Source: Phoronis australis (Eukaryota > Animalia > Phoronida). From it: 64,000 nucleotides of DNA. A program made the translations under genes and the position numbers. Below are positions 11,701 through 23,319 of this stretch, one piece after another (position 1 is the first letter of the stretch; each line of letters opens with the position of its first letter). The notes under the pieces are model-generated. The model worked only from the letters and a program-made list of their open reading frames with translations, was not told where the DNA came from and did no database searches. Location of the stretch: NCBI GenBank assembly GCA_002633005.1, contig NMRA01000149.1:440192-504191 (forward strand), in the 5' to 3' direction.

Positions 11701-14700
11701 ATCAAATGAAATTTGGTTGTGTTATTAACCAAATAGTTTTGCTATGATTGTAACTGACTTCTGAACTAAATTTCACTAAAAATACATGTTCAAGAGACCT
11801 AGTTACCAATACAACTGGTATAAAGTCAAAAATCTAATTCTACAGAGTTTCCACTTTCATAAGGTACTACACAACTTTAAAAGTTATTTGAGAAATATGA
11901 TCCCATGTAATGAAATCAACCAATTAGTTTAAAATGACAATTGTCAAATAAATCAACCATTAGTGTACATAAAGAACATATTAAATGATTGAAGTATGCA
12001 GGCACTTGAATTTGGACAGGGCAAACAGTGTGTCCCTTCTGCCCCAATATTGTAGAAGACGAGTACCATTTCCTTCTAAGCTGTGATAAATATTTTGAGT
12101 TGAGAGAAAATTATATTGAAGTGTGATACTGGAATTTTACGTCCGCTTTCAAGTTCAATAGATTAGTGTCAACAAGTGATGATGCTAAATCAGTTAGCCT
12201 ATGTAAATATGTATTGTACTCTTTTTGTCTACTTGATAGCTTGTTGCACTCTTAAGTATGTTACATGTTGTTCTTTTGTACAGTGGGTCTATGGCCTTCA
12301 CTACAGAAACAAGTTGATTGATTTAAAATTGTATTGACCAATGATAGCAAAATGGACTATCCGCAGTTTCACAACACAATAGGAACAACTGACCAGTTAA
12401 AAGGTGGCAAAAGGAACATTCTCCAAAGAAGGCAGTGTGGCCTTCTGAGGTATTAGTATCCACTTCCTTTTCTCAATTGCAAAGGTCGTGGGTTCAAGTC
12501 CCACTGGGGGCACACTGCTAGACCCTTGAGTCAGATCTCCAGCTCTTCAGCTCGGTTTTAACCATATATTATTAAAGCATAAAAATGTTTTCAGGTGATG
12601 GGCCTACTTGCGTACATATTGTATGACTGGCAGAAGGCTCTCAAGAGTTTTGCTTAGGTGTACCATGCAATCGAGATTGTCTCATATTATGGGCTGATCA
12701 TGTAGCCTGCACAAGTTCAGTGCACTGCAACGGCACTGGATCACCTGCACTCTTTTTAAACATGCTACAGGAAGAGAAGGAATCAGAAAATGAGGGTTGC
12801 ACTTCACTCAGGTTCTGAACTCCTTCCACAGCCCTGGGTAGTTTAATTACAATAATACTAGTATCCAGTCTGTAACAACTGGTAACTCGACTCAGAGTGA
12901 TGACACCATCTGAATGCCAGGTCACAGACAGTATTGTTTTGGTAATAAAACTATTTATGAAAATGCAGGCATATCTTTGGCAAATGTACGTCGAGTTTTA
13001 CTAACAGCATACTGTTGTGGACGAAATAAGATAATTCATGATTAACTTCCAAAATTAAAGGAGAAAAATGCAACAGTCGAAATAATCGAATGTTCAGGCA
13101 CATTCCATTCACAGACAGCCAGATGGCTTATCACTGCTGCAAATCAAAAGCGAAGCTGTTAATGTAAACAAACTGCTGCACACTTGTTAAGTGGCTGTCC
13201 GCAGTAACCTACCCCAGCTTACCGACGCTGGACTTGAGACACTGAGCGGAATGGTATTGTACAGAAACAGACAAAAAACATTATAGAGAAACAGAAGTAC
13301 GTATATAACTCAATAAATACCTTAACTTTCACTGTTGTCAGCTCAACAAATGGCACATTCCTCAGCACCACACTCAGATAAGTGTAAGGTTCCATAAACA
13401 GTCCAACAGATGGTGTGTCTACCAACAGGGGGACTTTGTTCAAGATGCAGTTTTTAATCATGTCCAAAGATAAAACGGTTGGAGATTGCAGGCACGGTGA
13501 TATATTTGTATATTTCTCTGTAGTATTGAGTTGACTTGTTTGGCTGCTTGGTTCACAAGTTAAATCAACTACTTCAGCATCAAAGTCATTGAATGTCATG
13601 TCACTGAAATCATCCCCATAACTGTTATCAACTCTTAGCATTTTCGCCATGGGCAGATCAACTTCGTTCACACCTGCTGGACTTCTAATTTTTGGCTTTT
13701 TAGCCACGGGTAATACATCATGTACACTACAAGAGTTTCTAAACTGCCTAAAATCTCCCAAAGTACTGCCCACGCTTGTTTCGACTGGATTCTGAATGGA
13801 AGATGCATTTCCTGCCTTCATTGCACTCACTCCAACCTCAGGTATTACCATGCCAACACCAAGAGATGATTTTTTGCCATTTTCTGTAGCTCCCATGTCA
13901 TCGCTTTTCACATCAAAGTCATCCTCAAAGGCATCGTCATCAAACTCAGACATAGAACTGAATTCCATCAAATAGCTATCTGTTCTTTCTGGAGCACAGA
14001 CAACATTGAAATCTCGGCTGCTCTCACTTGGCACACACTTACTTCTAGGTGCACAGCGGGAAGAGTTCACACTCAAGGCTGTTCTTTGCTCACACACGGA
14101 TGTGACATCATCGGAGTGAGTAGAGGAACTTGACTTGCCAGGTAGACAGGATTGATCGTGTTTTGTCCGACTTTGCCTTTGAGCGTTTCTGTTCATAAAA
14201 CGGTCATTTCCACATTGAATCTGTGACTCCATGTGCTGCACCAGCAGATCATCATTTAGTCCTTCATCCCACTATAAACAAAAAATTTTCCTGACCAATG
14301 AAAAATAACTATATAGAAACAACTATGAGTAATAGTAGTGCCAGTTATAACAGAAAATTAAAAATATTATTTCATCAAGTTTCACACACAAGATGCAAAA
14401 AATTCAAATAGATTAATGGATTGTACACAATTATTGCCATTTTCACAAAAGTACAAAATGTACGTTTTTCCAATACCCCAGCTGCCAACGTTGTACGCAA
14501 TACGTAAACTTGTACTGGCATATATCAGCCATTACAAAAGAGACTAGGTGTTCCTGCCAAAGAATCATGATGGTGACATTAAAGCTTTTGGTAGTATCAT
14601 CATAGTTCTAACAATGCAATTTCGTAATGAAGTTAGGAGTTCAAACTATAAAAAAGCATTGAATTTTGTCTTTCACATCGCTGTGTTCATATCAAAAGCA

Positions 14701-17700
14701 TACCCTGGTAGCAAGCCTCCTTTTCTACGAATTCCACAATCATGAAAATCGTAATAACTGTACACAGTCACGATACAAATCCTTTCAATCTCACATTAAT
14801 TCGTCTCTGCTCAAGTATCCTAACAAGACTCACATGAACTAACACAGCATGCAACCTGTTCTGAAGGATCACTATACCTGTTCATTCATCATGGCCAACT
14901 CGTCCTCGTCAATCTGGTTGAACAAATCATCATCCACTATCTCCATCACATCTATCAAAAGTTAGAAAGATGAAAATCAAAAATATCTCATTTGAACTTG
15001 ACACTTTTGCAAGCATGGTTGTCAAAGATGCTGTTAATCTTCAATACTGCAGTCAACAAAGGACAATCAGAAATGGAACTAGCAAGGAGTGAAACTAAAT
15101 CTTGGAAAAACGAAAATCTTCACAACCTTAACATAATAACAACTAATCACAATACTGAAACAAACAAAACTAGACGCTAGTTTCAAAGGTAGTATTTTAT
15201 GTGCTTTTAAAGGTTTATAATCCAACAGAGTAAAATACCATCAGCACTGTTCCTGGTGACTACGGGGCCACCATGTGTGGACACAGCAGGTTGAACTGCA
15301 GGCAGCTCGTTAGAGTCACAACCAGCGGCAGCTATGTCATCATCTTGATTACTGAAATAGTATACACACTGATGAAGGGTCATCTGAAGGTGACCAATAG
15401 GATTACCAGTAACAAACATACAATGGGCTGTCAATCTAAATTTCACATTTATCTTGCATAAATGCTTCCAAAACAAAAAAGCTCATTCAGAATGTATTCA
15501 ATAAATATTACAGATTGTCACCCACCTTTACAGTTTAACATATTATATAACTTTATATTTATCGATATCTGTAGTAGTTTAGTTTGTCATAATATATATG
15601 ACCTTTTATCTCACCTACATGTGTTGTTTCACTGTAAACTAGCTTCGGTATCGCTTCGCAGTTAGCGCATATAAATGGCATTTATTCACAAGTGTACAGG
15701 TTGTAGAACTGTAAAATTGTTCTACTGAAGTTTCCCAGATAGACTTACAGTGCTCTAGCCAACACTTTTATCTGTCTGTTCTCCTCCATCAGGGTGTCAA
15801 CCTGTCCACCTAGCACTTTCACGCACTGTTTGGTAAGAATCAACACCCCAAGTCGACACATCACTGGGCCAGTGACAAGGATCTGACAAGAAAAATTAAT
15901 TACTTCAAAAGTCAAGTTTTCAGGGTTCAAAACTCCACAGTCCAACTCAAACTCAAAGTCCTTACTCAACAAATCTGGAAGTTTTTGCATCGCTGATGCA
16001 ATTGTACTGTGACAGGCAAAAATTTCACATTACACACATGCCCATCAGTGACAACCACTAAGTTCACATTACACACATGCCCATCAGTGACAACCACTAA
16101 GTTCACATTACACACATGCCCATCAGTGACAACCACAAATTTCACATTACACGCATGCCCATCAATGACAGGTACTAAGTTCACATTACACCCACGCCCA
16201 TCAGTGACAGGTACTAAGTTCACATTACACACATGCCCATCAATGACAAGCACTAAGTTCACATTACACACATGCCCATCAATGACAGGTACTAAGTTCA
16301 CACTACACACATGCCCATCAGTGACATGCACTAAGTTCACATTACACACATGCCCATCAGTGACAGGTACTAAGTTCACATGACACACATGCCCATCAGT
16401 GACAGGCATTAAGTTCACATTGGACTCATGCCCACCAGGGGCACAAAATTGCAAGATCTTCCCGGTTTCTTCCAGTTCATGTCATTAGAAAACTACAAAA
16501 TTTTCTCAAACCAACTGCATAAATGATGATGGTCGTTACATTTACTTGCGGTTCACCCATTTTTCAGCCCTGTGGGGATCTTAGATCTTAGATCAGTAAG
16601 AAAATGTTCAGCTACAAGTAGTTTTAATATAAATTTGAAAAAAATCAAGGTCCAGAATTCAGCTGCATTTTAAAAGATTTGTTTTGGATGACAGCCAGGT
16701 TATCGTACGACCCCATGTTATATTACCATAGTTAGGCAATGCCTTAGAACCAGAGCAAAAGAGAACATTATGCCACCCATCGTTGCCATTTTGTTCAGGC
16801 TCATGTATGTCAGTGAAAGCTGGCGAGTTCACACACAGCATGACAGAATAAAAATATTCTACAGAATGTTGAGAGACCTCATTAAATATGCGAGACAAGC
16901 TTGTAAATTTTATCATACAACCACTCATGCTTCGTTCGTCTCATTTCTTTGTCTGTTGGATAGGCATGCCTCTTCAGCTTAATAATTTTTGTAGTTTGTA
17001 ATCAATGGTATTTCAAATAGCAATATACATAACTTGAATGGCTTTAAAAGTGACATTGACTGGCCTGGCAATATTACTTTATAAACGAAGTAACTTAACT
17101 GTTTTCACATATCTGAGGAAAGGCATGTTAATGGTCATATAATAATTATTGTCTAGTATTTGTCTGACTGTAGAATAAATTTTTAATAAATGATAATTTC
17201 TAAATCATACAATCATCAAGACATGACAGAAGTATGCTCTACATATCAAAAAGATTTTAGACGTCTGACGATAGCTTGAGACATAAATTCCCTCTCTCAA
17301 ATTTGTACTCATATGTTAGAAGAGGCTTTTTTTCAAAAGCCTGCAGCACGTGCTCACCTTAGTGCCAGGTTTGGTAGAGGTGCTCAAGGCTGGTATAGAC
17401 TGATACTCCATGCCCTGGATGTTCACGCTGCCATCTGTGAGTTGAAGCATCAACATCCGACAAGATTTGGCCTCCCAGGGCTACAAGGAGCACCATAGCA
17501 TGATTTTACAATTCACATACATTGCACATAGTTGAATTAATCAAACATTTACCTCTATCAGGGTGGTGAACAATTAAATACAGCAGTCTAACTTCATATG
17601 GCTTGGTCAACAAGAGAATTGAGTTAACGAATGTTGAAAGTAAGTTCACAAGGGAAAATGTCCCACTATGTCACCGTTCCTTTCTTTTCATTCACAAAAA

Positions 17701-20700
17701 ATTAACCAAATCTCCATTTGCTTTTGAAGTGAGTTGCTGAGCTTTCTGTAACATAAGCATTAACCTAATTATCTTTTAAAAACTACTCATAACAAACTTA
17801 CTCTTAATAACGAGCAATACAAGAACATATCTTTTAAAAACTACTCATAACAAACTTACTCTTAATAACGAGCAATACAAGAACATATCTTTTAAAAACT
17901 ACTCATAACAAACTTACTCTTAATAACGAGCAATACAAGAACAACACAGAGCCTTAATATGCAGCCACCATGAGTATCGCACACAGCAGAAGACACAAAG
18001 AATGATCATTAACTTTAAATATTCTCACTAGAGGGAACAACTAACAGTAAACTTAAAACTGCATTTCCCCAGTGGTTAGCAGCCAAAAACATAATATTCC
18101 TTACCATGTCACCAATTGATTTTCAAGAACATGAAAACCATCAACGACTCAAGAATACTTTTTCTCTTCTAAATGAAAACTCATCAGCTGAATTCCACAA
18201 GCATCGATCAAGAAGTTTGGCAGATATTACAGCTGACAGAAAAATGTGTATATCTCACTACAGGGCAAAGCGCTAGTGGTGTTTGTCCAAAAATTAGGGG
18301 GTTAATAGAAACACAAGTTCTAAATTTCCCAAAGATCGCTCAAGTGGCAAGTCAGACAGAGCTTGATGCCAAAAAACCCTCTAGAGGGGTACAGGCTGCA
18401 CTATACAAATTTCTACGAATATTGACACAGGTACTGTCCCTTCCTCAGTACAAACACAAAAGCCAAAATTGCAGTAATGGTATGATATAACGTGTCCGAA
18501 TTTTGAGAAACAGTTTTCTCCACTGAATAACGGGCATCAAACTGGTTCTCAAAATACGCGAACGTTATATCAGACTATTGCCAAAATTGCCACAATGGAG
18601 TGCCGCAGTAAGGAAATACATAAAAAAATTATCGCCATCCGGGCTCTACACGATAGGACCAAATACCAAATATCACAAAGATCCATTCAGGCAGGCTCAA
18701 AAAATTGGCATTATGGGGTACCATAGCAAACGAATCTGTCCAAAAATCAATGGTCCACATAGTATACTCTCTTCAATAGGATAACACTTGTTAAATTTTA
18801 TGAAAATACATCTTGGTAGGTATCAAGGCAGATGCAAAGAAAATGGTTCAGAAAAAATTCCGCGCAAAAAGTTTCCGTTTTGAATCTTACATTTGACTGT
18901 GATTCATGCTGAGTTGCCGAGACATCAACATTTTCGTTGTGAGCTCCACAGGTCTTCTGGTATTGAGAGTATAGTGATGAACTCACATCAAGTAAAGAGT
19001 CAATCTGTGAAATACAAGAGTACAGTGATGAACTCACATTAAGTAATGAATCAATCTGTAAACTAAAAGAGTACAGTGATGTACCAACATCGAATAATAA
19101 AACAATTTGTGAAATACAAGAAGAATATAGTGATGTACTCACGTCAAATAATGAGTCAATCCGCGAAATGCAAGAATACAGCGATGTACTCATATCAAAT
19201 AATGTCGAGTTAATTTGTGAAAGATAAGTCCATTAAGGAGCCCCAGTGAAATTGCCCATGCTTTTCCTCTCATGACCCATTTCCATATTGTTTTTAATCA
19301 TTTCTTCATTACAGTGTCAAGCTTTTTATCCCCTCAGTTCACAAACAAATTTTCTATGTAGCACCATGGTAAACATTAGTTTTTAAATCATTACAATAAT
19401 AAAGAATCACAGTTTTCTTATCTGGAACCAACTAGGCCAAGTATTTTGGAAAAATCACAGGGAAACATGAAATGGTACAAGAGTGAAATTCCTAATTTAA
19501 AGCAGCTACAGATCTGCCTTACATCACAAAAACATAGTCTTGATTTAGATCATTTAATATTACAACATTGCTCTCAAGTTTTTCCTTAGGTCAAATTAAA
19601 AGCGATTTCAGGGCTTTGAGAGAACTGTCAGCTCCTTATTGAGACCAAGCTTTATTACTTGGCTTGTCACAGCATGTCACTTTATGCATCGAGCACCATC
19701 TCAACAAATAACGAAATGTCACTTTTTGCAAATCCAGAAATAACATCATCTGAGTAAGAAATAAGTTGATACCTATTTGATAGTGGTATGAGGCTAAGTC
19801 AAATAAATTTGCTTCTTGGACAGAACATGGGTTTATTGTTGCTTAATCTGTGCCATCCACATATGCATATCATGAAGAAGGGGCAACGTTAGGGGCTCAC
19901 CTGAAGACAATGGTTGCCATTCAATGTACATTTCTGCTCTTGGGTTAAAGTGGCTGGTAGACTTGCACTCTCTAGTATGTTGAGGTCTGAAATGAGCCAT
20001 TGCTCATAGACAGCTTTCTGGACATCTTCAAGGGAAAGGGGGTGACTCTGAAAAAAATATGAAACAAAACACATTGTAGGTTGGACGCACATGTCAAATA
20101 CACAAGCACAGTAAATGCTTTCAAAGACACTAAACACTTATTTAAGACGAGCAGTAACTACTCACAAGATCGCACTTAAAGCGGCTCATGAATCCACATT
20201 CCCACCAAGATGAGAATTTCTGATTTGGACCACTTATCCTTATGAAGTTGGTCTGAAATGGTTCCTTACTCGAATTACATACTTTACGGAATTGCAAAGA
20301 ATCGACAGTCTGCTATTCCTCGAGACCATGATCTTGCATAAAATAACACGCCATGACAAGTCGACTGTGGTCTAAAGCAGTGACGAATGGTGAAGCTTTG
20401 CAGTTACCTCAAATGTAACAAACGGACAATTTGATAACAATTTCATAAAGGCGAGTGGTATAAATCAAAATTATTTTTTTTCATACTAACATTGAGGCGT
20501 CGATTGTTTGGGGAGTTGCAGTCACCATGTACGGTTAAACTTCAGTCCTGGATTGAACTTAACAGCGCCAGTTAACTTTGCAGTAAACAAGTGGATTTAA
20601 CAGCAGAGTGTTGACGCTGCGGTGTGGTATGAGTGGTCAACTCCGGTCTCATTGAGAAGTTATCACCAGGAGCCACTGCTATCATCAATAATTAAAGGGC

Positions 20701-21430
20701 AATGTCGTCACTAATAGTTGCTTATATTTTGCTCGATTCATCACGAATAAATTAGAACTAAGGTTTATATCAATTAGCGTGTGTAAATGTTCTCAAATTG
20801 TCACATTAAAAAAATCTTAGCATGCACGGGATGAACCAGTGCTACCTTGCGATTACTTCGATGACAACGGCGTCACTTCGATGCCATTAACTAGCAAAGC
20901 TGGTATGAACGATTCAATTAACTTCCCAATTTACATAGACGTTCTGCTCATACTGGACTTTAGTTAGTATGAAAGGGCCTATAAGGCGGGCTCATAGGCA
21001 GTCGAAATTACGCATTTCCTACCTCATGAACCATAGATGTGCCTATTTGAAGCATATGGGTTGTTTTAATACGTTCCAAGAGTGAAAAGAAGAGTTATTG
21101 AGAACACCACTGCAGTTTGTGAAGGAAAGAGCCTGGTCACCCTGAAAATCTTCCGGTTCTCATCAGTTAAGTGATACATTGTACAAAGATAGCAAAAACT
21201 GAAAAGACCTGTGGTTTTGTGTTAGTGAGAACACCAACTGCAGTTTAAGAAGGAGAGACTGGCTACACAAGAAATCCTCACGCAGTCACCATAAGAACAT
21301 AATACTATACTAGTTTTACCTGGACTTCTCCATGTATCCATTCAATACATGCCTCCAACCAATCATCAGGAACACTAACATGATGCTTATTCTTCAGCCA
21401 CTGTTTCGTCTCACTTACTCTAATCGACAT
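2572..21430 (-). CDS. RMI1: RecQ-mediated genome instability protein 1 (RMI1), 12 coding exons, about 714 aa
   Basis: Spliced translation gives N-terminal WLEACIEWI and [11 protein letters not shown]1 [10 protein letters not shown]...[17 protein letters not shown]...GMEYQSIP...PGTKILVTG...RLGVLIL...[11 protein letters not shown], an acidic linker, and a C-terminal OB fold PYTYLS...TTVKVKAYISTL...KINDGT...ILTEMIGF...CQKTL. All introns are GT-AG with compatible phases. Confidence 0.95.
3110..3350 (+). pseudogene. Decayed THAP zinc-finger exon (transposase N-terminus)
   Basis: With frameshifts and stops: [32 protein letters not shown]...[16 protein letters not shown], then donor TG|gtaagt at 3351. 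RLKIDAPP at about 3859-3882 resembles the THAP terminal LKxxAVP motif. Confidence 0.8.
3963..4077 (+). mobile_element. Short MITE (hAT-like CAGTGGCGGAT end) nested in the Kolobok relic
   Basis: Colinear high similarity to 49547-49685 (aaaattctcccagattccatt...gaatgtctga.gggcaaaatcctggctaata). Confidence 0.7.
4207..6148 (-). pseudogene. Two-exon P2X7 cytoplasmic 'ballast'-like / KolX-type pseudogene (exons about 6148-5862 and 4610-4207)
   Basis: Acidic N-terminus, then LRLDVSDW|CTWGNCQ...RVCCQEV...CIVEH...GF...LETAWLQY...[38 protein letters not shown]...FQGF*. Splice TG|gtaaga to ttgcag|G. Several frameshifts and stops. Confidence 0.88.
5581..5640 (-). mobile_element. tRNA-derived SINE head
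   Basis: A-box TGGCTCAGTGG (5636-5626) and B-box GGTTCGAATCC (5606-5596); no complete cloverleaf. Confidence 0.6.
7022..7130. repeat. 39-bp tandem repeat, about 2.8 copies
   Basis: aaaagcttga.(a/t)atattgaccaa.tttg units start at 7022, 7061 and 7100. Confidence 0.9.
7440..7493 (-). CDS. RMI1: RMI1 coding exon 11 ([18 protein letters not shown])
   Basis: tttatttcag|ATT to AAG|gtcagc, 54 nt, phase 0-0; fills the expected gap before G-x-Q-x-C-Q. Confidence 0.8.
8654..8695 (-). CDS. RMI1: RMI1 coding exon 10 ([14 protein letters not shown])
   Basis: attccag|ATT to AAG|gtaagt, 42 nt; matches the ILTxLIGF motif. Confidence 0.9.
8828..9081. repeat. Fold-back inverted repeat (arms about 115 bp, loop about 15 nt), probably a palindromic MITE
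   Basis: Left arm cagcttgacatgttttggcatttattgaaacaccatcatcagaagaaaaaacagtggccac is mirrored on the right with few mismatches. Confidence 0.9.
9866..10022. mobile_element. Tc1/mariner-type MITE
   Basis: TA|CCGTAAACGTTCGGGTTAACGCCC ... GGGCGTTAACCCAAACATTTACGG|TA; 24-bp TIR and TA target duplication. Confidence 0.85.
10207..10402. repeat. 91-bp tandem duplication (about 2.15 copies)
   Basis: gaagctctct(g/a)ttg units start at 10207, 10298 and 10389. Confidence 0.9.
10574..10687 (-). CDS. RMI1: RMI1 coding exon 9 ([38 protein letters not shown])
   Basis: ctcttttag|GCT to GAG|gtcaga, 114 nt; matches the RMI1 C-terminal W-x-x-x-x-K-x-x-DGT pattern. Confidence 0.92.
10729..10805. repeat. 43-bp tandem duplication
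   Basis: atacctttaca(g/a)caaggctccaggttcattcaaa occurs twice. Confidence 0.85.
12470..12560 (+). mobile_element. Degenerate tRNA-derived SINE fragment
   Basis: aaggtcgtgGGTTCAAGTCCcact B-box context at 12491-12502; no clear A-box or cloverleaf. Confidence 0.45.
13321..14271 (-). CDS. RMI1: RMI1 coding exon 8 (long linker plus start of C-terminal OB fold)
   Basis: tttatag|TGG to AAG|gtattt, 951 nt open; ends [23 protein letters not shown]. Confidence 0.92.
14878..14951 (-). CDS. RMI1: RMI1 coding exon 7 ([25 protein letters not shown])
   Basis: ttttgatag|AT to CAG|gtatag, 74 nt, phase 1-0. Confidence 0.78.
15239..15351 (-). CDS. RMI1: RMI1 coding exon 6 (linker, [10 protein letters not shown]...RNSAD)
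   Basis: atttcag|T to G|gtattt, 113 nt, phase 2-1; bridges exons 5 and 7 in frame. Confidence 0.75.
15749..15882 (-). CDS. RMI1: RMI1 coding exon 5 ([31 protein letters not shown]...ARAL)
   Basis: cttgtcag|ATC to CT|gtaagt, 134 nt, phase 0-2. Confidence 0.93.
16009..16434. repeat. 39-bp minisatellite, about 11 copies (RMI1 intron)
   Basis: Unit gtgacaggtactaagttcacattacacacatgcccatca. Confidence 0.95.
17358..17480 (-). CDS. RMI1: RMI1 coding exon 4 ([17 protein letters not shown]...PGTK)
   Basis: ccttgtag|CCC to AAG|gtgagc, 123 nt; hallmark RMI1 OB1 motif. Confidence 0.95.
17771..17943. repeat. 58-bp tandem repeat, 3 essentially identical copies
   Basis: atcttttaaaaactactcataacaaacttactcttaataacgagcaatacaagaaca at 17771, 17829 and 17887. 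Confidence 0.95.
18483..18572. mobile_element. Small hairpin MITE
   Basis: Inverted arms tgatataacgt...ttttgagaaacagttt and aaactggttctcaaaat...acgttatatca. Confidence 0.6.
18891..19004 (-). CDS. RMI1: RMI1 coding exon 3 ([18 protein letters not shown]...HESQSN)
   Basis: tttcacag|ATT to AAT|gtaaga, 114 nt, phase 0-0. An alternative in-frame acceptor would start the exon at 19055. Confidence 0.85.
18968..19222 (-). repeat. About 51-bp tandem array (5 copies) of the RMI1 exon-3 acceptor plus first 37 exon nt
   Basis: Each unit translates as [13 protein letters not shown]-like and is preceded by tttcacag or a mutated form. Confidence 0.92.
19901..20047 (-). CDS. RMI1: RMI1 coding exon 2 ([22 protein letters not shown]...NGNHCLQ)
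   Basis: tttttcag|AGT to CAG|gtgagc, 147 nt, phase 0-0. Confidence 0.92.
20180..20500 (+). mobile_element. Diverged copy of a TTAA-flanked (Kolobok-type) MITE family
   Basis: Starts TTAA|AGCGGCT; shares ttccttactc...cgagaccatg...acacgccatgacaagtc...caatttcataa.ggc.agtggt.taaatcaaa with copies at 46.6-48.0 kb and 59.4 kb. Right boundary approximate. Confidence 0.7.
21320..21430 (-). CDS. RMI1: RMI1 coding exon 1 ([37 protein letters not shown])
   Basis: ATG at 21430, donor CAG|gtaaaa. An acceptor ttttag at 21446-21451 implies an upstream non-coding exon. Confidence 0.9.
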
Positions 21431-23319
21431 CTTCTACAGCAGAATCTAAAAGTTAAGTTACAAATATGTTAAGATGCAACCAAATGCCCCATTGTTCGCC
21501 ATTGTTTAACATTAGAATTACAGCAATCTGTCAAAAGGTTGAACTTGTTTTGTTCAATCTACGGAAGTAATTCGTATCTTCTGAGTCTGAATGTGGGTCG
21601 AACCTTTCCCAGCTCTACGTAACTTTTGTTTTAGACAGCCAGCCTAAACCCTTCCCCAAACACACAAACAAAGATATACAAGAGCAATGCAAAGCGTTGA
21701 AATGCCCTCACAACAGCACCGTGTGCTTCTATGGTATTTTAATATCACTAAAATGGCCATTAGATGACACAGAATTTATCATACTTGTCTGAACTAAGGA
21801 GAAGCCGTCTCTGTAGTACACAAGTTGCCAAATTTCATGAAAACAAGCCAAGGAACTCCAAAGATTTAGAGGTAAACATAAAAAAAACAATTAACACTAG
21901 CTATCATCTGACTGGTCAAAAATGGAATGGCATCATCACATCCTTATTAAAACTCTATTTGCCAAATTTCACAAAAGTCCACCATGAAGGAATTCCAACG
22001 GTATAGAGGCAAACATAAGACTAAAACTGCCACTAGGAGACACAGCATTGCTCAGATCGGTCCGAGATTTGTCGTCCTCTGTCATCAGATACATAAGAAC
22101 ATACCCGCCAAATTCAAAAGTATCCTGCAATGGGTTTAGGAGATACAGCTGCGGAGGCTGGCTGCCCAGACAGAGATGACAACAATATGCACCCACATAT
22201 ACGGTACATATGTGGGCACGTAAAAACGATAATGCAAGAATCAAAAATCCGTTGACAGCATGGGGTGGTTGGCCACCAAACATTACTCAAGACTTAATAA
22301 CATGAAAACTGACTAATCACATCCAGTTAAACTTAATATGTCAATTTTCGAGTTTATAAACATTGGAATTAACTAACTCAGGTCTTAAAGGAGCTGTAAT
22401 CCCACTTTTTGTCCAAAAACTACTAGTACTTGCCAAACGTGATTACAAATTCCAAGATTTTTCGCAACTTTCTGTCTTGTAACAAACTTGTTGGAAATTT
22501 AACTTTTCAGGCACATTTTGGGACCAAAATCTAACTGTTTGCTGTTTCTTTGGTGAAAAAGATTACAGTGTTCAGTGTACAATCAAAATTAAGACATGAT
22601 AGGTCTATTCAGGATTGGTACAAATTTCATAATTGCTGTACAATCATAGGTTCAGACATAATTCATGACACGACATAAAACACCCTTATTTTTATCATAA
22701 TGAATGGAAATGTTCATGACTTCTGTAAACTGCAAAAATGTCACGGCTGCCAGCATAAGTCCCATCAATCGCTGCTCTTTTCAAGAGCGTCATGTATTGA
22801 GTTTCTATCATATGTTTGTTACTTCCAGTAGCATTTAAAACATATGACTATCAACTGCATGTTACTATGACCTATGTTCACGTGTTGTAGTTACTTTGAT
22901 GTTGTTTGCTTCAATGCTGATTACTTTGAAAATATAGTTCTTATATCATTCAATTGTTTTTATAAATGCCATACACCAACGATGTTACAAAGGGTATTTT
23001 TAAATTTTGGGATTCTGATTTTTGTTTGAGAGACCTGCAGCCAGGAAACGTTTAAAACACCATTTTGAGTATTTAATGCAATTTTTGCCATCTTCTGAAC
23101 ATTTCAAAATAACTTTCCATGAAAAAAGCAGCACTGGGAAAAATTCAAAAATTCAGTTTACAAATGCGCATATTTCAGCTCGGCATAGTTGAGTATTGTG
23201 CACTGCCTAGAAATTACCCAATGTCACAGTGAAACCTATACTAGGAGAGAGAAACCCTATAAAAAAGATGACGATCAACATGCAGAAATCAGCATACAGA
23301 CATCAGTGAGGATCTTCTT

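Noticed and set aside
12698-12960. SFITKT...WHSDG segment as RMI1 exon 9
   Set aside because: 10687-10574 matches the RMI1 C-terminal OB fold much better and has correct splice sites and phase.
14990-15100. Extra RMI1 exon DLVSLLASS... between exons 6 and 7
   Set aside because: An acceptor exists but there is no convincing donor before a stop; exons 6 and 7 already join in phase.
15966-16454. ORFs on both strands with 13-aa repeats ([12 protein letters not shown] / [12 protein letters not shown])
   Set aside because: Artefact of a 39-bp intronic minisatellite; RMI1 exons 4 and 5 join in frame without it.
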